64,000 bases of DNA from a virus (IMGVR_UViG_3300031853_000009:32001-96000); one strand, 5' to 3'. Counted from the first letter of the stretch, positions 9,441-18,993 are shown. Numbers and translations: made by a program. Notes: a model not told the origin generated them from the sequence alone.

Positions 9441-10364
9441 ATGAACATTATCGCTACAGCTGACTGGCATCTTTCCAAGAGTACTCCGATTTCTAGGACA
9501 GACCCAGACTATTTTCAAACTGGTCTGGATAAGATACAGCAAGTGGCAAACTATGCCAGAAAGTACAAAGCTGTTATCTGTGTAGCCGGAGACATCTTTG
9601 ACAATCTTCGTGTAACTCCGTACATGATTAACAAAGTGTATGAGGTGCTTCAAGGTACTCTTGTCTTTTCAGTAGCTGGTCAACATGACATGGAGTACCG
9701 AAATATCACAGAAGCCTGTGCTTATAGTACTCTGGTGGAACTGTCTTGTATAAAACATCTGTCAAAAAATAACAGAACTTATGATAACATCCTCTTTTCC
9801 GGTGTATCTTTTAACGAAGATGTACCCCGCTCCTTATACTCTGACGTAGTACTCGTTCATAAAACCATAACGGAAAACGACCCTCCTTTCTTTCTAAAAG
9901 ACGCTGTGAAGTCTTCAAGCATTATGAAGCTCTTAAAAGACTGTCGTATCATCGTGTCTGGGGATTATCATGTGCCTTTTGTCAAAAAGAAACACGGTCA
10001 AGTTTTAGTTAATTGCGGCTCCCTTATGCGGAGAGGTAAAGACCAAATGGATTATGAGCCTTGTGTATGGCTTATAGACACTGATACTCTTGCAGTGAAA
10101 GCCATTCCTCTAGCTATTAAGCCTGTTAAAGAAGTGTTCTCTTTTGCCGTAAGAAACGAAAACGCACAGAATACACAGCAAGAATTTATCTTGGCTGATA
10201 TGGATAAGGTTATAGAGCGTTTGACCAGAGAGGAACTTAAACCCAGCTTTGAGAATATCCTTCTTGCTCTTGCTGAAGAAGAAAAACTTTCTGACACAGA
10301 GAAAGAGATTATGAAGGAGATTCTTGAAGTTGCAAAAAGTGGCATGAATAAGGAGGTGCTATGA
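9441..10364 (+). CDS. sbcD: SbcD/Mre11 metallophosphoesterase nuclease (gp47-like)
   Basis: TADWH, AGDIFD, AGQHD, SGDYH, NCGS motifs. Confidence 0.9.
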   Translation: MNIIATADWHLSKSTPISRTDPDYFQTGLDKIQQVANYARKYKAVICVAGDIFDNLRVTPYMINKVYEVLQGTLVFSVAGQHDMEYRNITEACAYSTLVELSCIKHLSKNNRTYDNILFSGVSFNEDVPRSLYSDVVLVHKTITENDPPFFLKDAVKSSSIMKLLKDCRIIVSGDYHVPFVKKKHGQVLVNCGSLMRRGKDQMDYEPCVWLIDTDTLAVKAIPLAIKPVKEVFSFAVRNENAQNTQQEFILADMDKVIERLTREELKPSFENILLALAEEEKLSDTEKEIMKEILEVAKSGMNKEVL

Positions 10365-10612
10365 CAGACTTGGACAGATTTAACTACATCAAGCGGCAGA
10401 TTGAGACCAGAAAACAAGAGATAGCCCAAAATCAAGGTGCTATCAACATGGTTAAAAAACAGCTTAAAGAGATGGGTATCAATTCCAAGAAGGAGTTGGA
10501 TGAAGCTCTCTCTAAAGCTGAAGCAGAGTACAAGGCAGCGCATGAAGATTATCATGCCAAGTTGAACAGGTTCGAGGAGATGTATAAAGACTTCTTTAGG
10601 AGGGACGCATGA
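10361..10612 (+). CDS. Small coiled-coil protein
   Basis: RBS AGGAGG, ATGA overlap, heptad-rich sequence. Confidence 0.7.
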   Translation: MTDLDRFNYIKRQIETRKQEIAQNQGAINMVKKQLKEMGINSKKELDEALSKAEAEYKAAHEDYHAKLNRFEEMYKDFFRRDA

Positions 10613-10899
10613 ATACTTTAGACTATATAGACCTTATTCAGACCATTAGAACAGTGCAGCTGTACGCAGCATGGTTTGACGAACAGGCAGAAAAAACCTT
10701 AAAGGATATTAAGGTAAACAAAGGTGAAGAAGTACAGGGTACTATTTCACCAGAGAACCTAGATGCTCTTGAGCAAAGCGCCTATCTGATTTCCAAGTAC
10801 TATCCTACTCTTTGTAATAAGATTAACTTGGCTATTAGTCATCTTAAGAAGGACTACCGTAGGCCATACTATAGCAAGGGCACAGGCTGGTACGTTTGA
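10609..10899 (+). CDS. Hypothetical protein
   Basis: RBS and ATGA overlap within operon. Confidence 0.65.
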   Translation: MNTLDYIDLIQTIRTVQLYAAWFDEQAEKTLKDIKVNKGEEVQGTISPENLDALEQSAYLISKYYPTLCNKINLAISHLKKDYRRPYYSKGTGWYV

Positions 10900-11498
10900 C
10901 TCTTGACACTTTTGGCAGGTTAATCATGCTAGCGTCTGAATATAGAAGCCTTCTTAATTATAAGAAGGAGGAGCGTAGAATAAAACAAGAGCAGTTAAAA
11001 GCTAAGCAAGAAGAAATTAAGACCTTGGAAAGTACTCTGTCTTCACTAAAGAAGATAGCCGGGATATTCAAGAGGTCTGCGGTCTCTTCCCAAGAGTATT
11101 TAAGTGCCTATTTGACTGCTCTTGTCACTGACTCTATCAAGGTAGTCTTCCCGGATAGAAATCTGATTTTCAGAGTACAGTTTAGTACTGTCCGGGATAC
11201 ACAGTGCAATGTATCTCTAGAAGAGGATGGCAGAAAGTTGTCACTCTTTGACTCTGAAGGGTACGGTGTCTTGGATATAATCTCTATTGTTTTAAGAGCG
11301 GCTTATATAGTCTTAGATAAGTCAGAGAAGATTATGATCCTTGATGAGCCTTTTAGAAACCTTTCTGTGGATAGGCATGAAGCAGCTTCTAAAATGCTTT
11401 ATGATTTGAGCCACAGATTGAAGATGCAGATTATCGTAAACACCCACCTCATCGGCATAGAAGATATTGCCGATAAAACCATTAACGTAAGAGGATAA
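10896..11498 (+). CDS. SbcC/Rad50 C-terminal half
   Basis: Coiled coil, signature-like SEGYG, Walker B MILDEPF, H-loop VNTH. Confidence 0.85.
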   Translation: MTLDTFGRLIMLASEYRSLLNYKKEERRIKQEQLKAKQEEIKTLESTLSSLKKIAGIFKRSAVSSQEYLSAYLTALVTDSIKVVFPDRNLIFRVQFSTVRDTQCNVSLEEDGRKLSLFDSEGYGVLDIISIVLRAAYIVLDKSEKIMILDEPFRNLSVDRHEAASKMLYDLSHRLKMQIIVNTHLIGIEDIADKTINVRG

Positions 11499-11499
11499 C

Positions 11500-14472
11500 A
11501 TGGAAGCAAAGAACTTCACCGACTTTTGTGAGATGCAGGAAAAGGAACCGAAGCCTCTTGAAGAGTATAAACCAAAATCTCCTGAAGAGTACCTTAACCA
11601 CGACGAAATGTGCATTTCTGTCGTAAAGAAAAAATATCTAGAATACCCGGAGCAGCCAGTGGAAGAGTTCTTTGAGCGTGTAATCGATAATGTTTGCGAC
11701 AACTCTATTGAGAACGAACAGCCGGATAAGGACGAGTTCGTTAAGCAGTGTAAGCAAGACTGGTATAAAGGCATCTGGAAGGGAGCCGGTAGTATCTTAT
11801 CCGCTTCCCTCTTAAAGGATCGGAAAATCTCTACTTTTAACTGCACCTGCCTTGAGATTCAAGAAGACAGCATCGAGAGTATTGCTAACACTAGAAAGTG
11901 GGCTGCACAGATGGCAGCGCATCGTCAAGGTTTAGGTGTCACTTTTAGCAAGTTACGCCCCAGAGGAGCAAAGATTAACAATAGCGCTATGGTGTCTGAA
12001 GGAGCGGTACACTGGATGAAATCTTTTGATAATCTTGCGAATGAAGTAGGTCAGAGAGGTCGCCTTCCAGCTATGCTCTTTGCATTAGATGTTAATCATC
12101 CTGATGTAGAAGAGTTCATCACTTGTAAGGATGACATCAATAATATCAATAACGCTAATATCTCCGTACTCCTTAATGATGAATTTATGCGCTGCGTAGA
12201 AGAAGATAAAGACTATACTTTATCTTTTACCTGTGGAGACGGAGAGGTGATAGAGAAGACAGTAAAAGCCAGTAAACTCTTCAAGAAGATTTGCAAACAG
12301 GCTTGGAAGAATGGTGAGCCAGGAGTGCTGTTCAAGGAAAAGTGCAAAAGATATGGTATCCAAGAATCTCTTGGACATGATATTGTAGGCACAAACGCCT
12401 GCACTACTGGCGACACTCCTGTACTTACGGATAAAGGATATATTCCCATTAGGGAACTTGTAGGTAAGAAGGTCAATGTCTGGAACGGTTTTGAATGGTC
12501 TGAAGTAGAGCCGAAAGTAACGGAACACAATCAGCGGATATATCGCGTAAAACTTGATATAGGCGATAAGTCATTGAAGTGTACTAGCTATCACGAATTT
12601 GTATTAAGTGATGGCCGCAGAGTTCAGTGCAAAGACCTTAAAGCAGGTGATGTTCTTCTTAATTGGACTGATCCATATCAGAGTGAGGTCAGAAAGAGTA
12701 ATGTCATCAATGGTGGCACTGTTGTAGCAGTAGAAGATACCGGTGTAGTAGAGCCTGAGGTGTACTGCTTTAATGAGCCTAAGAATCACACTGGCGTATT
12801 CAACGATATTCTTACAGGACAGTGCAGCGAGAAGCCTCTTCCTAATCAAGGTGTCTGTTGTTTAGCTCCTCTGAACATGGAGTTTGTACCTAATCCTTTA
12901 ACAGACCAAGAGAACTTTAATAACTTTATGAAGACTGTAGTACCGAGAATGGTTCGCTTCATGGATAATGTAGTTCAGTTTGAACTGGACCATCCTCATA
13001 AATCTCCTACTATAAAGCAGAGAGAGTCAGTGCAACAGCTTCGTGAGATAGGTCTAGGCATCTTGAACTTGCACAAGTGGTTTTACAATAATGGTGTAGC
13101 TTACGGTAGCGAAGAGTCTATCAAAATGACAGAGGCGTTCTTTAAGCAGTATCAGTACGAAGCCTTCAAAGCCTCTTGTGAACTTGCTCAGAAGCGCAAA
13201 CCTTGTCAGGCTTGGTTATTAGCTAAAGCACAGAATAAGCTACACGGCATGACTACTCCGTTTTTGGATCATCTATTTGAAGCCTTTCCTAATCTTAAGG
13301 AGATGTACTTCAAATACGGACTCAGAAATGCTGCTCTTTTGTCTGTAGCTCCTACCGGTACTATCTCTATGACGTTTCCGAATATGTTCAGTACCGGAAT
13401 TGAGCCTTTGATGGGTTATGCTTATTGGCGTAGGACTAGAGCCTTGTCTAATAATCAAGGGTACGAAAACTTCTTCGTTCTTCCGCACACTATTAAGACT
13501 ATGCTCCTAGACAGTATCTCTAAATCCGGCGAAAGTTCACAGGAGGATTACGACCTTATTAAGAACACCCCGATCTCTCAAGCAGATCAAGATGGAGCTA
13601 TAGGTAAAAAGGTCATTCAGATTCTTGACAAGTATTTGGATACAAAACTTATCCAGCCTTCTCATCTTGTTGACCCTTTTCAGAAGATTAAGTTGATGGC
13701 AGCAGCACAGCGTTGGATAGATGCTTCTATCTCTGTGACGTATAACGTACCTTTTACCTTTACAGAAGAGGATACGCAAAGGCTTTACATGGAAGCCTAT
13801 AAGAGTGGCTTGAAGAGTATCACTATCTATCGGGACGGCTCAAGGGAAGGGATTTATATCTTTGAAGACCCTATTACCTACGCAAAGAAGTTGCAGAAGT
13901 TGTATGGTACAGTTGAGCCTGTTCAAGAGGATAGACCTGTAGCTATTCAGTACCAAAGAGCGCCTAAACGTCCTGAAGAGCTTCCTTGTGAAATTCATCA
14001 TACTAGCATTCGTGGAGAGCAGTGGTTAGTGCTGGTAGGTATGTTGAATGATGCCCCGTATGAAATCTTCGCTGGTAAGAAGAATGAAGATTTTAATATC
14101 AGCAAAGGTATTCAGGCCGGAAGGATTATTAAAGAGGCTAAAGGAGTCTATACTTTGAGGATTCATACAGCCTCTTCTTGGATTGACTACCATAACATCA
14201 CTGACCTTTTTATGAATGTAGAATACAAGGCTTTGACTCGTCTTGTTTCTCTTTCTCTGCGCCACGGTGTATATTCCGAGCATATCATAAGTCAGTTAAA
14301 AAAATCTTCTGATTTCGTTTCTGACTTTATGGCGGTTATTTCTAGAGTGCTTAGTAAATATGTCGGAAGCACCAAGGTTGGTAAAGTTTGTCCCCAGTGT
14401 GGTGCTAGTATCGTTAGAATAGAAGGCTGCGAAAAGTGTTCTGCTGAGTGTGGTTATTCTCGTTGTGAATAG
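11500..14472 (+). CDS. nrdJ: Class II (B12-dependent) ribonucleotide reductase, intein-containing
   Basis: FNC, LRPRG, GEPG, TNA/CSE, APTGTIS, GIEP, GLKSITIYRDGSR, C-terminal Zn ribbon; no NrdB nearby. Confidence 0.88.
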   Translation: MEAKNFTDFCEMQEKEPKPLEEYKPKSPEEYLNHDEMCISVVKKKYLEYPEQPVEEFFERVIDNVCDNSIENEQPDKDEFVKQCKQDWYKGIWKGAGSILSASLLKDRKISTFNCTCLEIQEDSIESIANTRKWAAQMAAHRQGLGVTFSKLRPRGAKINNSAMVSEGAVHWMKSFDNLANEVGQRGRLPAMLFALDVNHPDVEEFITCKDDINNINNANISVLLNDEFMRCVEEDKDYTLSFTCGDGEVIEKTVKASKLFKKICKQAWKNGEPGVLFKEKCKRYGIQESLGHDIVGTNACTTGDTPVLTDKGYIPIRELVGKKVNVWNGFEWSEVEPKVTEHNQRIYRVKLDIGDKSLKCTSYHEFVLSDGRRVQCKDLKAGDVLLNWTDPYQSEVRKSNVINGGTVVAVEDTGVVEPEVYCFNEPKNHTGVFNDILTGQCSEKPLPNQGVCCLAPLNMEFVPNPLTDQENFNNFMKTVVPRMVRFMDNVVQFELDHPHKSPTIKQRESVQQLREIGLGILNLHKWFYNNGVAYGSEESIKMTEAFFKQYQYEAFKASCELAQKRKPCQAWLLAKAQNKLHGMTTPFLDHLFEAFPNLKEMYFKYGLRNAALLSVAPTGTISMTFPNMFSTGIEPLMGYAYWRRTRALSNNQGYENFFVLPHTIKTMLLDSISKSGESSQEDYDLIKNTPISQADQDGAIGKKVIQILDKYLDTKLIQPSHLVDPFQKIKLMAAAQRWIDASISVTYNVPFTFTEEDTQRLYMEAYKSGLKSITIYRDGSREGIYIFEDPITYAKKLQKLYGTVEPVQEDRPVAIQYQRAPKRPEELPCEIHHTSIRGEQWLVLVGMLNDAPYEIFAGKKNEDFNISKGIQAGRIIKEAKGVYTLRIHTASSWIDYHNITDLFMNVEYKALTRLVSLSLRHGVYSEHIISQLKKSSDFVSDFMAVISRVLSKYVGSTKVGKVCPQCGASIVRIEGCEKCSAECGYSRCE
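12400..12822 (+). mobile_element. Mini-intein (141 aa) in RNR, ending Gly-Gln
   Basis: CTTGDTPVLT..CTSYHEF..LKAGD..VYCFNEPKNHTGVFNDILTGQ|C; removal restores TNA-CSE. Confidence 0.9.
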
Positions 14473-14558
14473 ATACCTGCATAGAAAGATGAAGACAAAA
14501 GCAGCTAAACACAAAGAGTTTGTCGTGTACTCAAGTGAATTTTTGCATAGGAGTTGTT

Positions 14559-14750
14559 ATGGATTATACCGACAGAGAAGACCTCCGCCAGATGCTGGCG
14601 GATATTGTGAATAGGCAGAAGAGAGTGCGTAAGAGGGATATGCCCTTTTTAAGTACGACGATACAGAAGTTTAGAGAAGGAATTGATCTCTCTTACGAAG
14701 AGTCAGAACGTCTTGTACACATCTGGGATAAAGTAACTGAGGAGGGATGA
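14559..14750 (+). CDS. Hypothetical protein
   Basis: AGGAG RBS before ATG 14559 (ORF track start 14520 is non-ATG). Confidence 0.55.
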   Translation: MDYTDREDLRQMLADIVNRQKRVRKRDMPFLSTTIQKFREGIDLSYEESERLVHIWDKVTEEG

Positions 14751-14861
14751 TGACTATGTAAGTATAGCATTAGCGTGATAACGGGCAGGACAGGTCATAC
14801 CTGCGCTGCTCGTCCGTAAGTGTCAACTAAATTTTACTAAATCAAAGTACGAGGTGTTGTT

Positions 14862-15755
14862 ATGTTCGACCATCTTTCCAATTCTTCAGCCGTAACCCCT
14901 TTAACCTCGATCAAGGAGAACGCTATGAACGATGTCACTACTTTTAATTTCCGCAGCCATAATGTCCGCATGGTAATCCGTAACGGTGAGCCTTGGTTTG
15001 TCGCCAAAGATGTGTGCGCCGTGTTGGAACTCGGTAACACTACAGAAGCTCTACGCCCATTGGATGACGATGAAAAGATTACCCTCAGTAATTCTGAGGG
15101 TAATCCAAGGGCTGGAAATCCTTTGACTTTTAATGCTATCAACGAGTCCGGCCTTTACGCTCTCATTTTTAAGAGCCGTAAGCCGGAGGCCAAGGAATTT
15201 AGAAAATGGGTAACGAGCGAGGTGCTTCCATCTATTCGCAAGACGGGTAAGTATGAGGCTCAGTCTGTTACTCAAACTTCTACGCAGCCCCCAATCAGAG
15301 AGGAAATAGAAGCCCGAAGATTCAAGGCAGCTCAGGATATACTCAAGACCGGATACGAAATGGCGCAAATATTTGGTCTTACAGGGAATCAGGCTTTGCT
15401 TAAGGCGGATAAAGTTACTCGCCAGCTCAGTAACATCTCCCCTATGACCTTGTTAGAGATCGAGTTAAAATCACCCGATAATGAGGCTCTTATGATCGCT
15501 ACTGAGGTCGGCAAACGCCTTGATCCTGCCGTCTCGGCTAAAGCAGTAAATCTTGCCCTTGCAGCAATGGATTTTATGGAGAGGTTTGAGTATAGGGCTG
15601 GTAAATTTGAGTGGAGGCTTACCGAGAAAGGTAAAGAATATGGCGTTTACTTGGACACAGGTAAAGTCCATTCCAATGGCACTCCCATTCAGCAGATTAA
15701 ATGGCAAGAGTCTGTTATTCCTCTCATTCAGCAATATCTGCGTGTACAAGGCTAA
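14862..15755 (+). CDS. BRO-N domain antirepressor-like DNA-binding protein
   Basis: GEPWFVAKDVC, INESGLYALIFKSRKPEAKEFRKWVTSEVLPSIRKTG; alternative start 14925 with AAGGAG. Confidence 0.9.
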   Translation: MFDHLSNSSAVTPLTSIKENAMNDVTTFNFRSHNVRMVIRNGEPWFVAKDVCAVLELGNTTEALRPLDDDEKITLSNSEGNPRAGNPLTFNAINESGLYALIFKSRKPEAKEFRKWVTSEVLPSIRKTGKYEAQSVTQTSTQPPIREEIEARRFKAAQDILKTGYEMAQIFGLTGNQALLKADKVTRQLSNISPMTLLEIELKSPDNEALMIATEVGKRLDPAVSAKAVNLALAAMDFMERFEYRAGKFEWRLTEKGKEYGVYLDTGKVHSNGTPIQQIKWQESVIPLIQQYLRVQG

Positions 15756-15777
15756 TCACAAGTTTTAAGGAGGAATA

Positions 15778-16809
15778 ATGAGAGTACAAGACCCGGACTA
15801 TCAGATTCTTCGGCGTAAGAGTATGACACCCTTACAGAAAATCGAATCAGCTGCTCGCTTAGCTTATAAGTCAGAAGACAAGATAACAAAGGAGTCAGCT
15901 GCTCCCTTTTGCCTTAAACTTTTAGAGAACAGGCACTACCCTGTGTTTGAGTTCTGTAACTTACACTTTAAGTTTAATGGCTTTTTAGACTTTGAAGATG
16001 CACGGAAAGAAGAATATAAACAGACCGTTTTGGAGTTTATCTTGATCGCGAAGTCATTTAAGTACTTGAGCGTGACAGAGAAACTAGAGACGACAAAGAA
16101 CGGAAGTCTTCAGACCGCTGTGTATCTCTCTGGTACGGTTAGAGCTTTTGCTGAAGCCTGTAGCGGTATTATGAATGTACCAGCTAAATGTTCTACTAAT
16201 CTGATTTGGCTTACTCTTTGTAATTACTATCAAGAGTATGCAGATAAAGAAGGACTTCCTATCGGGATTCCTGAAGTCAGAGTTAGTGAGGCTACTTGGT
16301 ACGATAAGATTTCTTTTTCTGTGCTGGAACCGCATGACATATTTCGTTCCTTGAATGAGAATGAGCAGAAGAAACATTTTATGGTCCCTGTTAAGTTCAT
16401 TTGCTCAAGAGCGGTATCTCACGAGTTAGTACGGCATAGACCCTGTTCCTTCATTCAAGCATCCCAACGGTATTGTAATTACAGCCATGAAAAGTTCGGT
16501 AGAGAAGTCACGTTTATTACGCCTTCTGCTTTCTTTCCAAGCAATAGCCCAGAGTATAAGATATGGGAAGAAAGTATGCAAAGGGCTGAATCCGTGTATA
16601 TGGATATGCTGGATAAAGGATGCACTCCGCAAGCAGCAAGAAATGTGTTACCTAATTCTTGTGCTACTGAGATTATAGTCTATGCAACTTTGAAAGAATG
16701 GGAGCATATAATGTCTTTGAGGACAAACCCAAGAGCTGACCCGGCTATGAAGCAGTTAATGCTCCCTTTGAATACTAGGCTGTTCTTTTCTCTTGACTGT
16801 TTTGAGTAG
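15778..16809 (+). CDS. thyX: Flavin-dependent thymidylate synthase
   Basis: SHELVRHR...SQRY ThyX motif, ARNVLPN. Confidence 0.92.
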   Translation: MRVQDPDYQILRRKSMTPLQKIESAARLAYKSEDKITKESAAPFCLKLLENRHYPVFEFCNLHFKFNGFLDFEDARKEEYKQTVLEFILIAKSFKYLSVTEKLETTKNGSLQTAVYLSGTVRAFAEACSGIMNVPAKCSTNLIWLTLCNYYQEYADKEGLPIGIPEVRVSEATWYDKISFSVLEPHDIFRSLNENEQKKHFMVPVKFICSRAVSHELVRHRPCSFIQASQRYCNYSHEKFGREVTFITPSAFFPSNSPEYKIWEESMQRAESVYMDMLDKGCTPQAARNVLPNSCATEIIVYATLKEWEHIMSLRTNPRADPAMKQLMLPLNTRLFFSLDCFE

Positions 16810-16820
16810 AAGAGTATAAT
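16793..16820 (+). promoter_or_regulatory. sigma70-like promoter at end of thyX
   Basis: TTGACT-16bp-TATAAT. Confidence 0.6.
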
Positions 16821-16825
16821 AAAGA

Positions 16826-16919
16826 CTCATCCCGTGTCGCTTGTCGGCACGGTGCGGAAGGGGGTATCCTCTTCCCGCTTAGCCCAGAACGAAGCGCTTC
16901 GTTCTGGGCACTTCTTTTT
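16826..16919 (+). ncRNA. Candidate small RNA (three hairpins; last one terminator-like)
   Basis: Hairpins 16832-16852 and 16854-16878, 28-bp perfect palindrome 16882-16909, then T-rich tail. Confidence 0.45.
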
Positions 16920-16921
16920 AA

Positions 16922-17470
16922 TTATACGAAATAAGCAAACTGCCTAACAGAAACCCCATTGACGTACATATTCAACTTCGCTAGGCGGTTCATCCATCCC
17001 TTCAGGAAAGTACTTTGCGAGGAATTTCTCTTGACCAGATTGAAAAAAAAGGTACTGCGATAGGCATGAAGAGCCGCAACGAGTGCCTTCTGATCCACCG
17101 ATTTAACACCTTCTATAGACTTCGGTCCAATTTTGCCATCTACGGTGAGAGGAGCCGTTCCTTTCCCAGACAAGAGATAGTTAGTACACTTCTGCAAAGC
17201 CTTGGCAGCCGTAAGTGTCCCGGAGTTTACGGCGAAGTCCATAACATACAGACCAACAGCTTCATCAAATTCATCACACTTGCACACATCCCAGTACGAC
17301 TTTTTATAAATCGCTTTGGCTCCTTCTAGAGTCAAGTTCTTCACATCTACGTTAGGGTGTGCCTTTTGAGCGATACCGTACTTGGTATAGCCCCCTTTAT
17401 CTACTTTATGATTGGATATATAGCCTTCGACTTCAAAGATGAAGTTGATAGCCTTGTCAAACTTACTCAT
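16922..17470 (-). CDS. Endolysin, glycoside hydrolase family 108 with peptidoglycan-binding domain
   Basis: EGYISNHKVDKGGYTKYGI, DFAVNSG, VDGKIGPKS, FLKGWMNR. Confidence 0.9.
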   Translation of the reverse strand: MSKFDKAINFIFEVEGYISNHKVDKGGYTKYGIAQKAHPNVDVKNLTLEGAKAIYKKSYWDVCKCDEFDEAVGLYVMDFAVNSGTLTAAKALQKCTNYLLSGKGTAPLTVDGKIGPKSIEGVKSVDQKALVAALHAYRSTFFFNLVKRNSSQSTFLKGWMNRLAKLNMYVNGVSVRQFAYFV

Positions 17471-18021
17471 TTCGCACCTCCAAAACCTTGTGCTTTATAC
17501 AGTTTATAATACTCCCCTTTGAGTGCTAGATTGCCAGTTCTGTATTTCTTATTACAAGCCCATGCGTACCATCCAAATAGCCTCAAACCTATATAGGATA
17601 GAAGAGGGAGTATTTTAATCTTTGTCATTTCCTCAAAGACCATTTTGAACAATCTGTCGTGGAACTTTCTGCCCTTTCCTTTCAGAATTATCGTCTTTTT
17701 CGGAGTCAAATAAAAGTCATGCCTATATCCGAAGTCATGGATGAGAGAACAGGTCATCAAGATACCTGTAGGCTCTAGTCCAAAGGGCCAGAGTATTCTG
17801 GGTGTACTACCAAAGTCCGTACAGAAGCCTCTAGGAACCATAAAGCTAACTCCATTCTTTCCCGTATAGATAAAATCACGGACAAGAACATAAGGCATTT
17901 TTGCACGAATCGATTTTAACCTGTCTATGAAACTTAATTGTTCTGCCACTGGAATCATAGGAATCATAGCAGGAGGCCCATTAGGCATCCTGTGGTTCCA
18001 TGCTTTGGCTATGTACAACAT
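17467..18021 (-). CDS. DUF1353-like protein
   Basis: VPRGFCTDFGSTPR, IHDFGY; start 18021 has AAGGAGGT RBS. Confidence 0.75.
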   Translation of the reverse strand: MLYIAKAWNHRMPNGPPAMIPMIPVAEQLSFIDRLKSIRAKMPYVLVRDFIYTGKNGVSFMVPRGFCTDFGSTPRILWPFGLEPTGILMTCSLIHDFGYRHDFYLTPKKTIILKGKGRKFHDRLFKMVFEEMTKIKILPLLSYIGLRLFGWYAWACNKKYRTGNLALKGEYYKLYKAQGFGGAK

Positions 18022-18040
18022 ATTTACCTCCTTTGAGTAA

Positions 18041-18292
18041 TTAGCCAGTTTTCTCTCCAGTCCTCTCAGTTTCAATCACTTGTACATCTTCTATAATGAA
18101 AGCCTGCTCAAGACAGATTCCTACCATAGTCTTGATACGCTCTTGAATCTTTTTATTCTTAAACTGTTCTTCTGACAGATACAGGTGTCCACAGTACATG
18201 GTAAGAAACCCCGGAAGAACGATATTACACATATTGCAGTTTGAGCATTTGTTTTTATCTATGCGAATCTTTTTGATACTTACTGCCTTCAT
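18041..18292 (-). CDS. Monocluster ferredoxin-like protein
   Basis: IRIDKNKCSNCNMC (CxxCxxC) plus distal Cys in GICLEQAFII. Confidence 0.7.
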   Translation of the reverse strand: MKAVSIKKIRIDKNKCSNCNMCNIVLPGFLTMYCGHLYLSEEQFKNKKIQERIKTMVGICLEQAFIIEDVQVIETERTGEKTG

Positions 18293-18392
18293 TTTTCTTC
18301 TCCAGTAGAGTCAGAATGTATTTATAGAATGAACGGAAAAAATTCCTTAGTCGTTGGTTGGTTATTATTATGCTAGTTATCTTTTTGCTCAT
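18255..18392 (-). CDS. Unannotated 45-aa cationic peptide
   Basis: AGGAG RBS; MSKKITSIIITNQRLRNFFRSFYKYILTLLEKKNEGSKYQKDSHR; fills operon gap. Confidence 0.45.
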   Translation of the reverse strand: MSKKITSIIITNQRLRNFFRSFYKYILTLLEKKNEGSKYQKDSHR

Positions 18393-18416
18393 AGCCATTC
18401 TCCTATCGTCGCGCTA

Positions 18417-18992
18417 TTACTGCGCTAAAGAAGCCTTAACCCATTCCCAGACTTTCTGTAGAAACTCCGTAGCTGCCAGCACGATGACTATACCAGAGGC
18501 AAGATACTTATACCAAAAGGTAGTCTTCCACTCATTTATTTCTTCTACTGTTTTATTTAATGAGTCTATACTTTGAGTCAAATTAGCACGTTCTATATCA
18601 ACTTTAGTCTTCCATTCTACGAACTCCACAACCTTTTGCGCTTGTCCTTGGATACCTCTTTCGATCTCTCTTGTGACTCCTTTTAAGACATTCGAGTCTC
18701 CTAGTAGATTATCATATTTAATTTGCATCTCATTTAGTTTAGATCGCAATTCTTGAATGTCGGAGTTATTTTTCTGGACACCATTTTTATTTTCAGTGTA
18801 CTGCTCATTCTTCTCTTGCTGGAGCCTTGTCAGTAGGTCAGAAACCGTGGCGATCTTTGTGTCAATGATGACATTAAAGAGGCGCTCCCAAGCATCCATT
18901 TTCTCAGCCATATTTCTATTACGGCGCTCTTCTAGGCGATCCAGCCTCTCATCCACGGATGTCAGTACTTCGTGTGGTCCTATATTAGGCAT
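18417..18992 (-). CDS. Coiled-coil protein with C-terminal TM helix (holin-like candidate)
   Basis: Long heptad region then YLASGIVIVLAA; lysis-module position. Confidence 0.55.
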   Translation of the reverse strand: MPNIGPHEVLTSVDERLDRLEERRNRNMAEKMDAWERLFNVIIDTKIATVSDLLTRLQQEKNEQYTENKNGVQKNNSDIQELRSKLNEMQIKYDNLLGDSNVLKGVTREIERGIQGQAQKVVEFVEWKTKVDIERANLTQSIDSLNKTVEEINEWKTTFWYKYLASGIVIVLAATEFLQKVWEWVKASLAQ

Positions 18993-18993
18993 A

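Noticed and set aside
16826-16919. tRNA in the three-hairpin region
   Set aside because: No acceptor stem, TTC loop or CCA
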